This document shows positions 11,403 through 25,565 of a stretch of DNA of 64,000 nucleotides, in pieces (position 1 is the first letter of the stretch; every line of letters begins with the position of its first letter). Both the position numbers and the translations under genes were made by a program. The DNA is from Eledone cirrhosa (Eukaryota): positions 30,008,001 to 30,072,000 of the forward strand of contig OZ024755.1 of NCBI GenBank assembly GCA_964016885.1, in the 5' to 3' direction. A model generated the notes under the pieces. The model saw only the letters and a program-made list of their open reading frames with translations, was not told where the DNA came from and searched no databases.

Positions 11403-12543
11403 AGAGAAGAAATTCCAAACTTGAAAGCAGGGACTAGAAAGAAAGGGTCTCAAAGTCAACATGACAAAGACTAAGGACCTTGTAAGGACAAGAAAACAGA
11501 ACCCAGATCCCCTCAGGGAAATGGCCTTACTCACTATGTAGGAAAGGTGTAGGTAGGAATTCCATTCTCTGCACCAAATGCAAACAATGGGTACACAAGA
11601 GATGTAGCGGGATCTCAGGAAGCTTAATTAAGAATGTAGGCTTTACATGCAGCAGCTGTGCTGGGACAGCAAGCAGCAAACAGGAAACAAGTACCACCAA
11701 TCTCTGGGAGGGCTCTGTAGAAACAGTACACAGCTTCTGCTACCTAGTGACCGAATAATTAGCAGCGGAGTGGGTGTTCAGAAAGTACAATGACTAGGGT
11801 AAGAACGGGATGGAAGAAGTTCAGGGAGCTACTGCCACTGCTAGCTGCAAAAGGCTTCTCCCTCAAAATGAAAGGCAGACTGTATGATGCGTGTATCCGA
11901 ACAGCAAGGTGGAAGACTTACGTAGATTAGAGAGAAACGAAGCCTGCATGCTCCGATGGATGTGTAATAGTAATATACGCGAACGACAAAGCATAAATGA
12001 ATTGAGAGAGAGACTGAGCATAAGAGGAATCAAATGTTGTGTGCAGGAGAGGCGGATGCGTTGGTATGGACATGTGATGCGTATGAAGGATGACAGCTGC
12101 ATAAAAAGGTGCAGAGCACTAGAAGTCGATGGTAACCGCGGAGTGGGGAGACCCAAGAAGCCCTGGGATGAGGTGATAAAAGCCGACCTTACCCAATTAG
12201 ACCTCTCAAAGCGATGACACACGACCGTGACCTCTGGCGTCACGCAGTAATACAGAGTACCCAACCTCCCATGGGTACAAGCTGAAGCATATAGACAATA
12301 TGCCCCCACCCCTCCCACTGCAAGGTGGTCGTGGAGGTACCACGGCAAAAAAGCACCCAGCACTCACTGTAAATGAGGTTGGTGTTAGGAAGGGCATCCA
12401 GCTGTAGAAATCAAGCCAAAATCAGTTCCTGTATGAGCAAGGCATGGTCAGCCGACCAGACACTGCCCACAACAGGACAACCCGTCTAACCCATGCTAGC
12501 ATGGAAGAACGGACGTAAAACGGTGATGATGATGATGATGATG
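11403..12543 (+). mobile_element. 5'-truncated RTE-clade LINE with PHD-like finger, copy 1 (pseudogenised)
   Basis: RT C-terminal motifs RRMRWYGHVMRM and GRPKKPW; C4HC3-like NSILCTKCKQWVHKRCSG..FTCSSC; (GAT)n tail; ATGTTAC flanks both ends (11396, 12544). Confidence 0.9.
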
Positions 12544-12931
12544 ATGTTACGTAGGTTAAAGTGATATCGATCTAGTTAACACCGACCAACAGTTAAGTGT
12601 TGAAAAGGAACAAAGAATCGTAAGAAACTAAGAATGTAAATGGTTCTGTTACGTAGGTGAAAGTGATATCGATCTAGTTAACACCGATCAACAGTTAATC
12701 TTTGATTACGATGAAATCTAAAATAAATTCGTTCAAAACTTAAGTCGTCGTGCTTTACAATCGATAAAATAAAGCACCAGTAATCTACTGGGTAATTTGC
12801 TGGCCTTGTGCCAAATGTAGAAACAATTATATATACATTTAATTAGAGGAAACTAAGAATGTTAATGAAGTGTTGAAAAGGAACAAAGAAAGTAAATGAA
12901 GAAACTAAGAATGTAAATGGTTCTATGTTAC

Positions 12932-14099
12932 AGAGAAGAAATTCCAAACTTGAAAGCAGGGACTAGAAAGAAAGGGTCTCAAAGTCAACATGACAAAGAC
13001 TAAGGACCTTGTAAGGACAAGAAAACAGAACCCAGATCCCCTCAGGGAAATGGCCTTGCTCACTATGTAGGAAAGGTGTAGGTAGGAATTCCATTCTCTG
13101 CTCCAAATGCAAACAATGGGTACACAAGACATGTTACGGGATCTCAGGAAGCTTAATTAAGAATGTAGGCTTCACGTGCAGCAGCTGTGCTGGGACAGCA
13201 AGCAGCAAACAGGAAACAAGTACCACCAATCTCTGGGAGGGCTCTGTAGAAACAGTACACAGCTTCTGCTACCTAGTGACCGAATTAGCAGCGGAGGTGG
13301 GTGTTCAGAAAGTACAATGACTAGGGTAAGAACGGGATGGAAGAAGTTCAGGGAGCTACTGCCACTGCTAGCTGCAAAAGGCTTCTCCCTCAAAATGAAA
13401 GGCAGACTGTATGATGCGTGTATCCGAACAGCAATGTTACATGGTAGTTAGACCTGGGCGCTGAAGGTGGAAGACTTACGTAGATTAGAGAGAAACGAAG
13501 CCTGCATGCTCCCATGGATGTGTAATAGTAATATACGCGAACGACAAAGCATAAATGAATTGAGAGAGAGACTGAGCATAAGAGGAATCAAATGTTGTGT
13601 GCAGGAGAGGCGGATGCGTTGGTATGGACATGTGATGCGTATGAAGGATGACAGCTGCATAAAAAGGTGCAGAGCACTAGAAGTCGAGGGTAACCGCGGA
13701 GTGGGGAGACCCAAGAAGCCCTGGGATGAGGTGATAAAAGCCGACTCTACCCAATTACACCTCTCAAAGCGATGACACACGACCGTGACCTCTGGCGTCA
13801 CGCAGTAATACAGAGTACCCGACCTCCTATGGGTACAAGCTGAAGCATATAGACAATATGCCCCCACCCCCTCCCACTGCAAGGTGGTCGTGGAGGTGCC
13901 ACGGCAAAAAAGCACCGAGCACTCACTGTAAATGAGGTTGGTGTTAGGAAGGGCATCCAGCTGTAGAAATCAAGCCAAAATCAGTTCCTGTATGAGCAAG
14001 GCATGGTCAGCCGACCAGACACTGCCCACAACAGGACAACCCGTCTAACCCATGCTAGCATGGAAGAACGGACGTAAAACGGTGATGATGATGATGATG
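12932..14099 (+). mobile_element. 5'-truncated RTE-clade LINE, copy 2 (tandem duplicate)
   Basis: Near-identical to copy 1 including flanks; ORFs 13176..13451 and 13467..13775; in-frame stop after MLHGS. Confidence 0.9.
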
Positions 14100-14299
14100 A
14101 TGTTACGTTGGTTAAAGTGATATCGATCTAGTTAACACCGACCAACAGTTAAGTGTTGAAAAGGAACAAAGAATCGTAAGAAACTAAGAATGTAAATGGT
14201 TCTGTTACGTAGGTTAAAGTGATATCGATCTAGTTAACACCGATCAACAGTTAATCTTTGATTACGATGAAATCTAAAATAAATTCGTTCAAAACTTAA

Positions 14300-14390
14300 G
14301 TCGTCGAGCTTTACAATCGTGAGTTCGATTCTCAGACCGGACTTTGCGTTGTGTTCTTGAGCAAGACACTTTATTTCACGTTGATCCAAA
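14300..14390 (+). mobile_element. SINE family 2 fragment
   Basis: GTGAGTTCGATTC B box followed by GTGTTCTTGAGCAAGACACTTTATTTCACGTTG. Confidence 0.7.
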
Positions 14391-15378
14391 TCACACAGTA
14401 GAAATTAGTTGGACAACAAAAGGTTTCTTTCTACGTTCAAGAGAAAGATGTGTGCGAGAAAAGAAGCTGCCATGCTTCATTTGGGTGTGAAATAAATAAA
14501 GATAATAACAATGTAGCTGTATATAGAGGTTTCTTAGAAGGAAAGGTATATTCCTGTATAGAGAAGGTTTATATATTTTTCTTAGTAGACAGTATATAGC
14601 TTTATATGAATGTCTCTCAAAAGAGAAGATAGTAAAACGTATCTGCTAGTGCTGACAAGGTTTACTATGTATTCAATAAAGAAAGATCTACAGAATGATG
14701 TTTATAAAAAGAAATTTGAGTTATATTTCTTAGAAAGTATATATATAGTGTCGAGATGGCTATTTGTATGTGTAGTTTGTTTTTTTATTTAATTTAAAAG
14801 AAAACATGTGTCGAGAGGGTGAAGATGTTCCAGAAAGCCACATAAAATACCACTTCACAGGAACACAATATCCAAAGTGTGAAAGTTATTGACATAAAGT
14901 GTGTATTTAATAAAATGTAAGATAGTTCGAGTGTAGATCAAAGAAAACATTACATACCTCTATACACGGGGAAAGTAATATCCAAAATGAATTTTTTTCA
15001 AAGAACCGGAAGTCATTCGAAAAAAAAGAAGAGTTCCATAAAGTGGAAGTAACTCTAAATAAAGGAAGAGCAAAAATGATTGCTTGAGCGGTCCAGCATA
15101 TAGCAAACAGTTGCGTGCCCTCGATTTGATCTTCCGACACAGAATGGCCACGCCATACATAAGTAGACGATAAAGTCTGAAACGCTACCCGTGTCGCCAC
15201 GCTGAACCGCAATAATTCTCTGTAAATTAGTCAAACTTATAGCTAAAATTTTGTTTGTTTTTTAAAAAAAAATATAGAAGCGGAATGAAAGCTAGATAAC
15301 ACGCCTCAAAATATATTCCGTGTGTTACCTTACTCTCATTCCATTTCTATATATAAATTAATTAAAACACTACTAGTA

Positions 15379-15779
15379 CAAGGTGAGTCAAAATTATGTT
15401 AACACTTTTCTGTTCTGTTACAGATAGACGTACTGTTCGTGCTTTTCTCGACCAAACATTTCCAAATCCATGGACAGGTCGCGGTGGACCATTGACATGA
15501 CCTGCACACTCCCCTGACCTGACACCCTGTGACTTCTGGTTATGGGTCATGGTAAAGGAGTGCGTGTATAGCAAAAAAGTTAGAGACATCGATGAACTCA
15601 AGGACAGAATACAAGGTGTCATATCAAGTATTCCCCACGTGTGTCAAGGCACTAATTTGTACTGTTGATCGCTGATTTTTGTGTATTGATCCTGCTGGTG
15701 ACCAGGCTGAGACTGTTCAGTAAATTCTGAATAAATGATTTCTCCCATACTAGTGTTAACATAATTTTGATTCACCCTG
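15379..15779 (+). mobile_element. Internally deleted Tc1/mariner DNA transposon
   Basis: ~28-bp TIRs CAAGGTGAGTCAAAATTATGTTAACACT / AGTGTTAACATAATTTTGATTCACCCTG, TA on both sides; internal GRGGPLT*PAHSPDLTPCDFWLW matches the WPxxSPDL transposase motif. Confidence 0.9.
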
Positions 15780-16583
15780 TATTTAGTAGATATATACCGA
15801 ACAATTAATATATAAGTTAATATACATGTTTCTGTAAATTAAAAAATGAGTATATATAAAGTTTGTTCTAAGTTTATCATCTCCCATGATAGGATACGGT
15901 CTATCGCAGGATTAACTCCTTAATTTCTGAGTGTACTGGAACAACATGAAATAATTTTTTTTTTCTTATACACTTGAGTGTGTTGGCTGCTAACAACACA
16001 GAAAGAAGTATACAGCAGATTTCTTCCAGAGAAAGCTTTTAACAAAGTCCCCTATTCCATTATCTGGAGTGAGAGAGACAGGCGAGGTTTAACTGGCCGT
16101 AGGAGATCCTACGAGAAGTTTATGATCTTAAACTGCTTATTTCGCCATCTGACCTGGCATTGACCATGGTTTAGTTAGCTGTAGAGGACCAGGGTTTAGC
16201 TGGCCCTAGAAAAGCCTACAAGCAAACCGCGCCCTAAAGCCGTTACTTTCATCCTCTAACTTGGCATTGAACAGTGATGAAGTGTCTGTTAATAAAAAAA
16301 ATGTTTACATATTATTTACGAATTGTATGAAAAAAGATTTTGTTAATAAAAGAATCTTTACACATTATTTAGGAATTGTGATCAGTTGAGACAAATTATA
16401 CATAATGTATACAAGTTGTGTTGTTACTTTGACAATGAAAAAAATTAGCCTAATAAATGGCTTCTAATTACTTCTCTTTGTAAAAGAAAAATACTGTAGA
16501 GTTGCTTCTCTTGAATTCAATCGCAAAGGGGTCTCCTCCGTTAATTTTTTTTTTATTTCTCCACTTTAGCGACATCAGTTCCT

Positions 16584-17300
16584 CGATCCAGGCAATAAAA
16601 CCATGTCTCTTTGGTTGTAGCCAGAGAACTGCATGCGATTGGTGAAGTGTCGGATGCGCCTTTCCATTTTAGTTGGAACGCACATGCGGGACACATTCTT
16701 CATCACTCTTATCAAGTCTGCGATCAGAATACTAAACTTAACACTATTGGACATTGCTGAGCTTTTGAGTATAAGGTGTTTGGAGGCCATGGGTTTAGCA
16801 TAATGAGAGTGAAGAATTTGGGCCCTCTCAGTTATAGTGTTTAACCAGAGTTCAGTGTCTAATACTGGTAGTCTATTGATAGGGTGTTTGGAAGGGTAGT
16901 CAATAGTTACAGTTATACTCTGGTGTAGGGAGTTAGTGTTATTTTCCAGTTCAGGTTTATTGATACTCTCTTGTGGGGGTGTTCTTATTACTACATTGAT
17001 ATCGTCTACGTAATGAAAGTACATGATGAGGGCTATGGAGTTCTCTTCTAGGAGTACTCTGAGTCTCCTTTCCCACCATACCATAAATAGGTTGGCAAGA
17101 TCATCAGCTATGCTGAGGCCAATGGTTGCTCCCTCATTCTAGGTGTAGATTTTCTCATTAAATTTAAGCACGTGGCCCTTTTGGGTAGTTTTAACACTCG
17201 CCCCTACTGTATGTGTGACCATTTTTTTCACCTGATTGTTGTTCTTGGGTGTCTGTATGGCTTTGGTCCATCCAGTCCAACTTCCTATGGGAGTCTTTTT
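16584..17300 (-). mobile_element. Penelope-like element reverse transcriptase fragment (pseudogene)
   Basis: KIYT*NEGATIGLSIADDLANLFM (motif B), YFHYVDD (motif C), LPVLD, HYAKP and FSGY thumb motif; no GIY-YIG domain seen. Confidence 0.8.
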
Positions 17301-17549
17301 ACCCATTGAAGTAATGGGTGATAAAGTTTCAGTAGGAAACGTTTTTTATGTATTATTCTATAAACATATAATTATATTTTTGTTACATCTTACACTTCAG
17401 ATATTTTTTTTAACGTAAAGCACTGGATCTCAAATACTACAGTGGGTACATATAATAGTACAATGGGCACCCACTTGCCATAGGGCAACCTACCCAGTCT
17501 ACTACTGTATATATTATATATATATAATATAAAGATAAAGACAAATTCA

Positions 17550-19740
17550 CCTCATGCTGCCGGACGAAAAGGAAAGGCCTCCTCCTCTTTATTTCGACCG
17601 CGGATGGCCAACATAACCCCAACCCCAGCCCCTTCACCGCTCCCCAGCGTTCCCACCCACCAAACGCAATCCAAAACTTCAGAGTTGGTACCATGAATGT
17701 AGGCACCTTAAAAGGTCGCTCTAACGAGGTTGTAGAAATGCTTGATGTTTGCTGTATCCAAGAGACCAGGTGGAGGGGTGGGTCTGTTAGATTGATTGTG
17801 GGTAAAAAACGATGCTATAAGCTTTTCTGGGTGGGAAATGACAATGGGCTGGGTGGGGTAGGAATCATGTTAGCAGAAAAATGGGTAGATAAGATAATAG
17901 ACATAAATAGAGTGCACGACAGAATAATTAAAATAAGACTTGTCCTAAATAGAACTACTGTGACAGTAATATCTGCGTACACAACCCAATCCGGACTGCC
18001 TGGCGTTATAAAAGACAGATTCCATGAGACATTAATGCTCACTACCTCCCAAATAACTGACAGTGACTACATAATTATTGCTGGCGACCTGGACAACATT
18101 GTGATGGCTATGACGGAATCCATGGAGGCTATGTGTTTGGTACTAGAAATGAGGAAGGCTCCAGAATCCTGGAATTCTGTGACGCAAATAACCTAACTAT
18201 CTGTAACACTAACTTCAAAAAACGAGACAATCACTTGATCACCTATAGATCAGAGGAACACACCAGCCAGGTAGATTATATCCTTACCAGAAGACGTGAC
18301 AGAGTGTCTGTTGTAAACACTAAATCCCTCCCCCATGAAGAATGCACCTCCCAACATAGGCTCATAGTCAGGACGAGACGTACTCAACAACAGAGGAGGA
18401 CTATCCTCAGGAGAAAAATATGGAAGCTAAAGGACCCCACAGCCAGTAATAAATTTAAAAGCATATTACTTGATGCTTTTGACAGTAAGGAAGAGCAATT
18501 AGAGTCGTACAATATAGAGGAACAGTGGGAATTCCTGAAAGCTAACCTCCTGAAGGCGGCAAATGATGTCTGTGGCTGGAGCAGGCCTATAGGCAGGAGG
18601 AGAGTAACGTGGTAGTGGAACAGTAAGGTGGAGGAGTCAATTAAGGCCAAAAAGCAGGCTTGGAAAGTATGGCGGGATGGGGGAAGTAGAGAAGACTATC
18701 AAGTGGCTAGGAGACAAGTTTACTTCGCAAGAAGGGAAGCAGAGGAAAGAAAGTTCAAACATGTTCTACAACGCGAGGACCAAAAACGTGAGGTGTTCAG
18801 GATTGCTAGGCAATGTGTCAAGGAAAACCGTGATATTGTCGGGGAGAAGTGTGTCCTTAATGATGATGGTGTACTTGCCATCACCGACGTTGATAAGATG
18901 GTAGCTTGGAAGTGTCACTACGAAAGGCCTCTAAATGAGGAGAATAATTGGGAGAAAGACAGTCTCCCCCACATCGATCCAATAGAGGGACCAGCAGTGC
19001 TAGTTGAAGGTAGTATAATAAGTAAAGATATGAAGCAAAGATATGAAGATATAAGCAAAGATATGAAGACGGGTAAGACGGCTGGGCCTTCGGAAATAGA
19101 TGCTGAAATGCTGAAAGCATCTGGAACGGTGGGACACACTATGGTCACCCGGATAGTAAACCAAGTCATACAGAATGGGGTCGTTCCGAAGGACTGGCAT
19201 AGCAGCAGCATCATTAACTGCTACAAGGGTAAAGGAGATGCCCTAGATAGGGGTAACTATAGAGGCATTAAATTAATCGACCAGGTCATGAAGGTCACAG
19301 AAAAAGTAATAGCACATTGATCTAGATGAAATACAGTTCGGGTTTGTGTCAGGTGAAAGTACCACAGACGCTCTTTTCATTGTACGACATTTACAGGAGA
19401 AGTACCTAGCTAAAAGTAAACCCTTATACTTAGCTTTTGTTGACTTGGAGAAAGCCTTTGGCAGAGTCCCCCGTTCCATTATATGGTGGGCTCTTAGAAA
19501 ACTAGGTGTGAGAGCTATACAAGCCAGTCAGCAAGGTTAGAATTAACAACGAATATAGTGAAGAGTTTAGCATAAAAGTTGGTGTTCATCAGGGCTCCGT
19601 CCTTAACCCCCTCCTATTTATTATTGCCCTTCAGGCTATAACAGAGGAGTTCAAGACCGGCTGCCCATGGGAACTCCTATACGCAGATGATCTAACGCTC
19701 ATAGCTGAATCAATGGCCGAACTAGAGAAGAAATTCCAAA
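17550..19740 (+). mobile_element. RTE-clade LINE 5' part: AP endonuclease and RT, frameshifted
   Basis: GTMNVGTL, CIQETRW, IIAGD, QVDYIL and SQHRL (APE); YKGKGD..NYRGIKL, AFVDLEKAF, GVHQGSVL and LLYADD (RT). Confidence 0.92.
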
Positions 19741-20117
19741 AAATAATTCTTTTTATTTTAAATAAATATTGTTACTAATTAATAATTAAGAAGACTAGAT
19801 TTAGTTGCTTGTTTATTAGCAGAGTGTAACGGGTTTTATGACAATTGTATAAATTTACAGTAGAATAACATTGTAAATATATTTTGAATATATACATAAA
19901 TAACATTACAAATGCGTAAATAACATTATAAATTGCTCGCAATTCGTTAGGAAGGACATTACAAACAAAATGTCAAAACCGTGTATAAAAACACAATAAT
20001 ATAAATTCATTGAACAAAAATGATAAAGGAAAGAAAAAAGAAAGAGGTGGGGGTGCAATTCACCATCAAGTGTGATAATCGGCTGCACCTCACACCGTAG
20101 GGGTTAACTGCACACTT

Positions 20118-20695
20118 TCAGGCAAGCCAACATGCTCGGAGTACGGTGAAGGTGATGGCGAGGCTAAGACGCTGAAATAACCAGACACCCTCACGGGCAT
20201 CACCTGGCGCCTCAGTAAGGTGAGCCGCCAGTGATGACGGCAACTTTGCTGTCAGCGGCCCAACTCCACCAAACGAACGCCACAGGCTGGAAAAATAATT
20301 ATTTGATAAGTCTTGGTATTTCCGAATTTTATTCCGTTCGGCAGCGGAAGCAGTAACCCATACAATCACCTCGGCTTCACTGATGTGGGAGGGTGCAAAA
20401 GAGTCACTGATTGTGACGTCCTAGATGAGACACCTACCTCTCACTCAGGGACAAAGGGTAAGACCGTCTGTTCTCTTCCTATCACTTCTGAATATACCAG
20501 CCAATTCCAGAACTGTGGAGATATTTACCTGAGCCAGGGCCCGTTTGATGATCAGGTTTAGCTCAGTGTGACAGGCAAAACGACCAGCATTCAGGCGGCA
20601 GGACAAACCATGTAAACCTGTGGAGTCGAGGGATCTACTGCAGCAGCATCTCAGACCCCACAAACATCAGCTCCCACACGAAGTGCAATGGAGGG
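20118..20695 (-). mobile_element. CRE-clade non-LTR retrotransposon 3' fragment (zinc knuckle and RLE)
   Basis: CCCSRSLDSTGLHGLSC, RFACHTELNLIIKRAL, DRKRTDGLTL, AERNKIRKY and LFQRLSLAI. Confidence 0.8.
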
Positions 20696-21149
20696 TAGAC
20701 TTGACACTTTTTGTTGTGTCTCAAGTTCAACCACCTGACAGGGTGCTTTTTGTTACATCACTAGCATGAGCACCTTACAGAGTTGGCTAAGCACTTTTCA
20801 TTGTGTCACTAGCATGATCACCTTACAGGGTGAACTGGGTGTTGCTGTTGTAGTAGATCACCATATAGGGTGAACTTAGTGATTTTTTGTCATGGCAGCA
20901 ACATCATGACCGAGGAAATGTGGAGCATGTCCAACTTCCCATGCTTGTATGCATGTTTTGGACAGAAGAGGTATATTAGGGGTGAGAAATATGTGAGTTG
21001 GGGGTGGGATGATTATGCAATCATCACATTTAGCTGGTGGGAGCAGGTATTAAGATTGAAAGGGTGAATTGGGTAGGTGTAGAGAGAAGATTGGATTGAG
21101 GAGGTGTAGAGAGAAGATTGGTGCAGATTAATGTCCTCTACATGTTTGT

Positions 21150-21710
21150 TTCATCTTGTGCACATGGGAAGGTGGGTCTTTTGCAGTACAGCTTAATGCT
21201 AGATATCTCAATCCTGTGACATCTCCTTTGAGAGGTTTAAATGTGCAAGGTGAGCTTTTATTACTTCATCCCAAGATTTCCTAGGTCTTCCCTTTCCATA
21301 ATTTCTGTTGACTTTGAGAGCGCACTGTACATTTTTATACAACTGCCATCCTCCATACGCATCACTTGTCCATACTACCACAATCTTCTCTCTTGCAACT
21401 TGCATCTGACACCCCTTATGCCCAGTTTCTCTCTCATTTCATTGATTCTTCGTTCTTCATGCACAGTATTATTATACATCCATCGAAGCATGCAAGCTTC
21501 ATTTTTTTCCAATCTTTGTAGGTCCTCTGTGCTCAGTGCCCAGGTCTCACTTCCATACAGCATTGCTGTTTGTACACAAGCATCATACAATCTGCCTCTT
21601 ATTTTGAGGGAAAAACCTTTTTGTAACTAGGATTGGTAGTAGCTCCCTGAACTTTTTCCATCCCATTCTCACTTTAGCTACTGTACTTTCAGAACATCTA
21701 CCTCCACTAT
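21150..21710 (-). mobile_element. RTE-clade LINE 3' fragment
   Basis: MLYGSETW...MLRWM...RRLW and GKGRPRKSW; homologous to 13300-13775. Confidence 0.85.
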
Positions 21711-21811
21711 ATATTGTTTGTGAAAATTGTACTTTCAATAGAAAAACAAAACAAAAAAAACGTTAATTACTACTCACTGGATATTTTCCACTAAAGATAT
21801 ATATATAGTCA

Positions 21812-22025
21812 GTCGACTTTCGTCAAATCGGACTGAGGAAACAATGTTTCCATTGGTCTTTCCAATTGCTAATACTATCTATCGGTCGCAACTCCAGGTA
21901 GATGGAGCAACGTGAAATAAAGTGTCTTGCTCAAGGACATAACGCATCACCCGATCTGGGAATCGAACTCACAACCTCACGACTGCGAATCCAATTCTCT
22001 AACCACTCAGCCTCGTGCCCTCATA
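21812..22025 (-). mobile_element. tRNA-derived SINE family 2 (CORE-like centre)
   Basis: Reverse complement of 37165-37390; A box GAGTGGTTAG, B box GAGTTCGATTCC; partial copies at 7700-7840, 9075-9200 and 36500-36600. Confidence 0.8.
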
Positions 22026-22215
22026 ACTTAATGCAGGAATGAGATTTGTAAGAAGCTGATGATGGTCGTTAAATGTAGCTTTCCACATGTGCTTATGCAT
22101 GAACACAGAAAATAGAATATCCCTCATCTTCCACTAACTCCGGTGTTCTTTTTAGAACGTACCCACTGTCCAACAAAATAACATTTTGCTGTTTTTGTTT
22201 TGCTAGTGGTATATA

Positions 22216-22373
22216 CAGGTAAAATTCTGTTATAACAATACCATTATAACACATTTTTCAGAATAACAAAATATTTTTCAATCCCCAACGTGTTAAGTCT
22301 ATCTTGTTAGAATGAATTTTTCATTACAATTTTTTTTATACCCTGTGAATTTTGTTGTAATGGAATGTTACTG
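22216..22373. mobile_element. pogo/Tigger-like MITE
   Basis: Imperfect TIRs CAGGTAAAATTCTGTTATAAC / GTTGTAATGGAATGTTACTG flanked by TA. Confidence 0.55.
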
Positions 22374-22981
22374 TATACTGAAAAGGAAATTCAGAATGTT
22401 TTGATTTTCTGTCTTGAAAAATGTTACTTTTCACTTTAATAATAGGCAAAAATAAAACTGTTCCAAAACTAAGTACTGAGGTTGGCTAAACCAATTAAGG
22501 CCCCATGATAGAGGTTTAACCCTAGGCCAGCCTTGATCAACAATGTCTATGATTAAAGCATTCCAGTTGGGACCATCAGATTGTTTTCCTAGGGTGAGGT
22601 TTGAGGGAGTAACTGCTTTTTCATCTGAAGTCAGAGTCCCAGCATAGTTGCAATCCAGTTGCAATTTAAGATGGTAGGCTGTAATTTTCAGATGGAATGG
22701 TGTTAGTTAACTCGACAGAAAGCATTCTCCAACTTGCACTTGATAGGTTTGATGCCGAGTGCTGCATGGCTGGAATGAAAATCAGTGCTGCAAAAACTGA
22801 GACACTTTACCTCTCAAGGAGGGATTGCAATATCAATTAGAGATCATTTTAGGGTGTTGTTTGATTTTACAACAATATCAGGGCATTTTTGGAGAGGACT
22901 TTGTTTGTCGTTCCAAAATAACTCTACTATCTCCTCTGATAGGCACGATTCAAGAAGAGTATGTTTGCACCACTGACATTG

Positions 22982-23215
22982 ATAATAATAATAATAATAA
23001 TGGTTTCATTTATTGGTCACAAAGGACGACATATAGGGGACAATAGATAGGGACAGTATGGGTTTACACAAAAAATCGAGTAAAAAATAGGAAAACAATA
23101 ACAATAAACAATAAAAATTCCCCAATAGTGGGGATAACCAGCCAGGGTTGATTCAGGTACACCACCAATCCTGAACCACCCGACCCTTCGAGGGCACATG
23201 GGAAAGGCACCCCTC
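22982..23215 (-). mobile_element. Probable LINE 3' UTR with (ATT)n tail
   Basis: Minus strand ends CCTTTGTGACCAATAAATGAAACCATTATTATTATT. Confidence 0.45.
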
Positions 23216-23918
23216 TCCTCCTCATATTCACCAGCCTACAGGCGCATGATCAATAACAGATTTCATCTTCTTTTTCTTCTATTGCTTCAGCAGTTTAAAA
23301 TGTCAAATATTCTCAAGCGACTCAGTTACCTCGAGTTCCCTGAATGTACAAGGGAAGCACTCCTCTACCTGAGCCGCTGTTTGAGGAAAGAAACTGGTGG
23401 TATTCCAGGCTTAGGAGGAGGCGGCGAAGACTATGCTGTGGAGGTTTCTAGAGACTTCATTCATTTTATAGGCATTAAACATGCCAGAAAACATGCCAGA
23501 GAATTATAAACACAATTAATTGATTTTCAGAACTATTTGGAAGACCAGAAGGCATGTATATCATCCCAACAACCACGTCTTTGATGGGCTTATATAACCA
23601 TTCACTATTAGTATTATTCTGAAATGGTCGCATTGATTTACATACAATTTTTTGAGGTTAAAACGTCAATTGTCGAGAGAAATGATCGGAATTCGCAATA
23701 TTTCCTAACAAAACCGTAGACACATTACTTAACAAAACACATTACATAACAAAACACATTACATAACAAAACGTAAAAATGTATAATGAAATAGTATTTT
23801 TTCTAACCACACCTTGTATGTTTTTCCTAACACATTAATTATGTATATATATATTATATATATATATATATTTATGAGATGGGGTGTGGTAAAAACCAAC
23901 TAGACCATAACGCACCAG

Positions 23919-25314
<1,396 letters not shown>

Positions 25315-25565
25315 ATAATGCAAATGGTTGGAGTTGTTTTCTTGCTAATTGATGTTTTATAACAAGTCAGCCTAGTCCCACAACACCTACGATAAGAAAT
25401 ATTCTAGCTGTCATAACACTTCTTTTCCTTCTTTCAGAACAAGGCGGTCTTGGATTGTATTGACTTTTGGCCTTTCTTATTTCCAATCATATTTGCTTTT
25501 CAATATTTTTACGAATGTTCAAATCCCGCCGAGGTTAACTTTGCCTTTCATCCTGTAGCGGATAA

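Noticed and set aside
11863-13915. Minus-strand ORFs of 155-166 aa
   Set aside because: Antisense shadows of the RTE coding sequence
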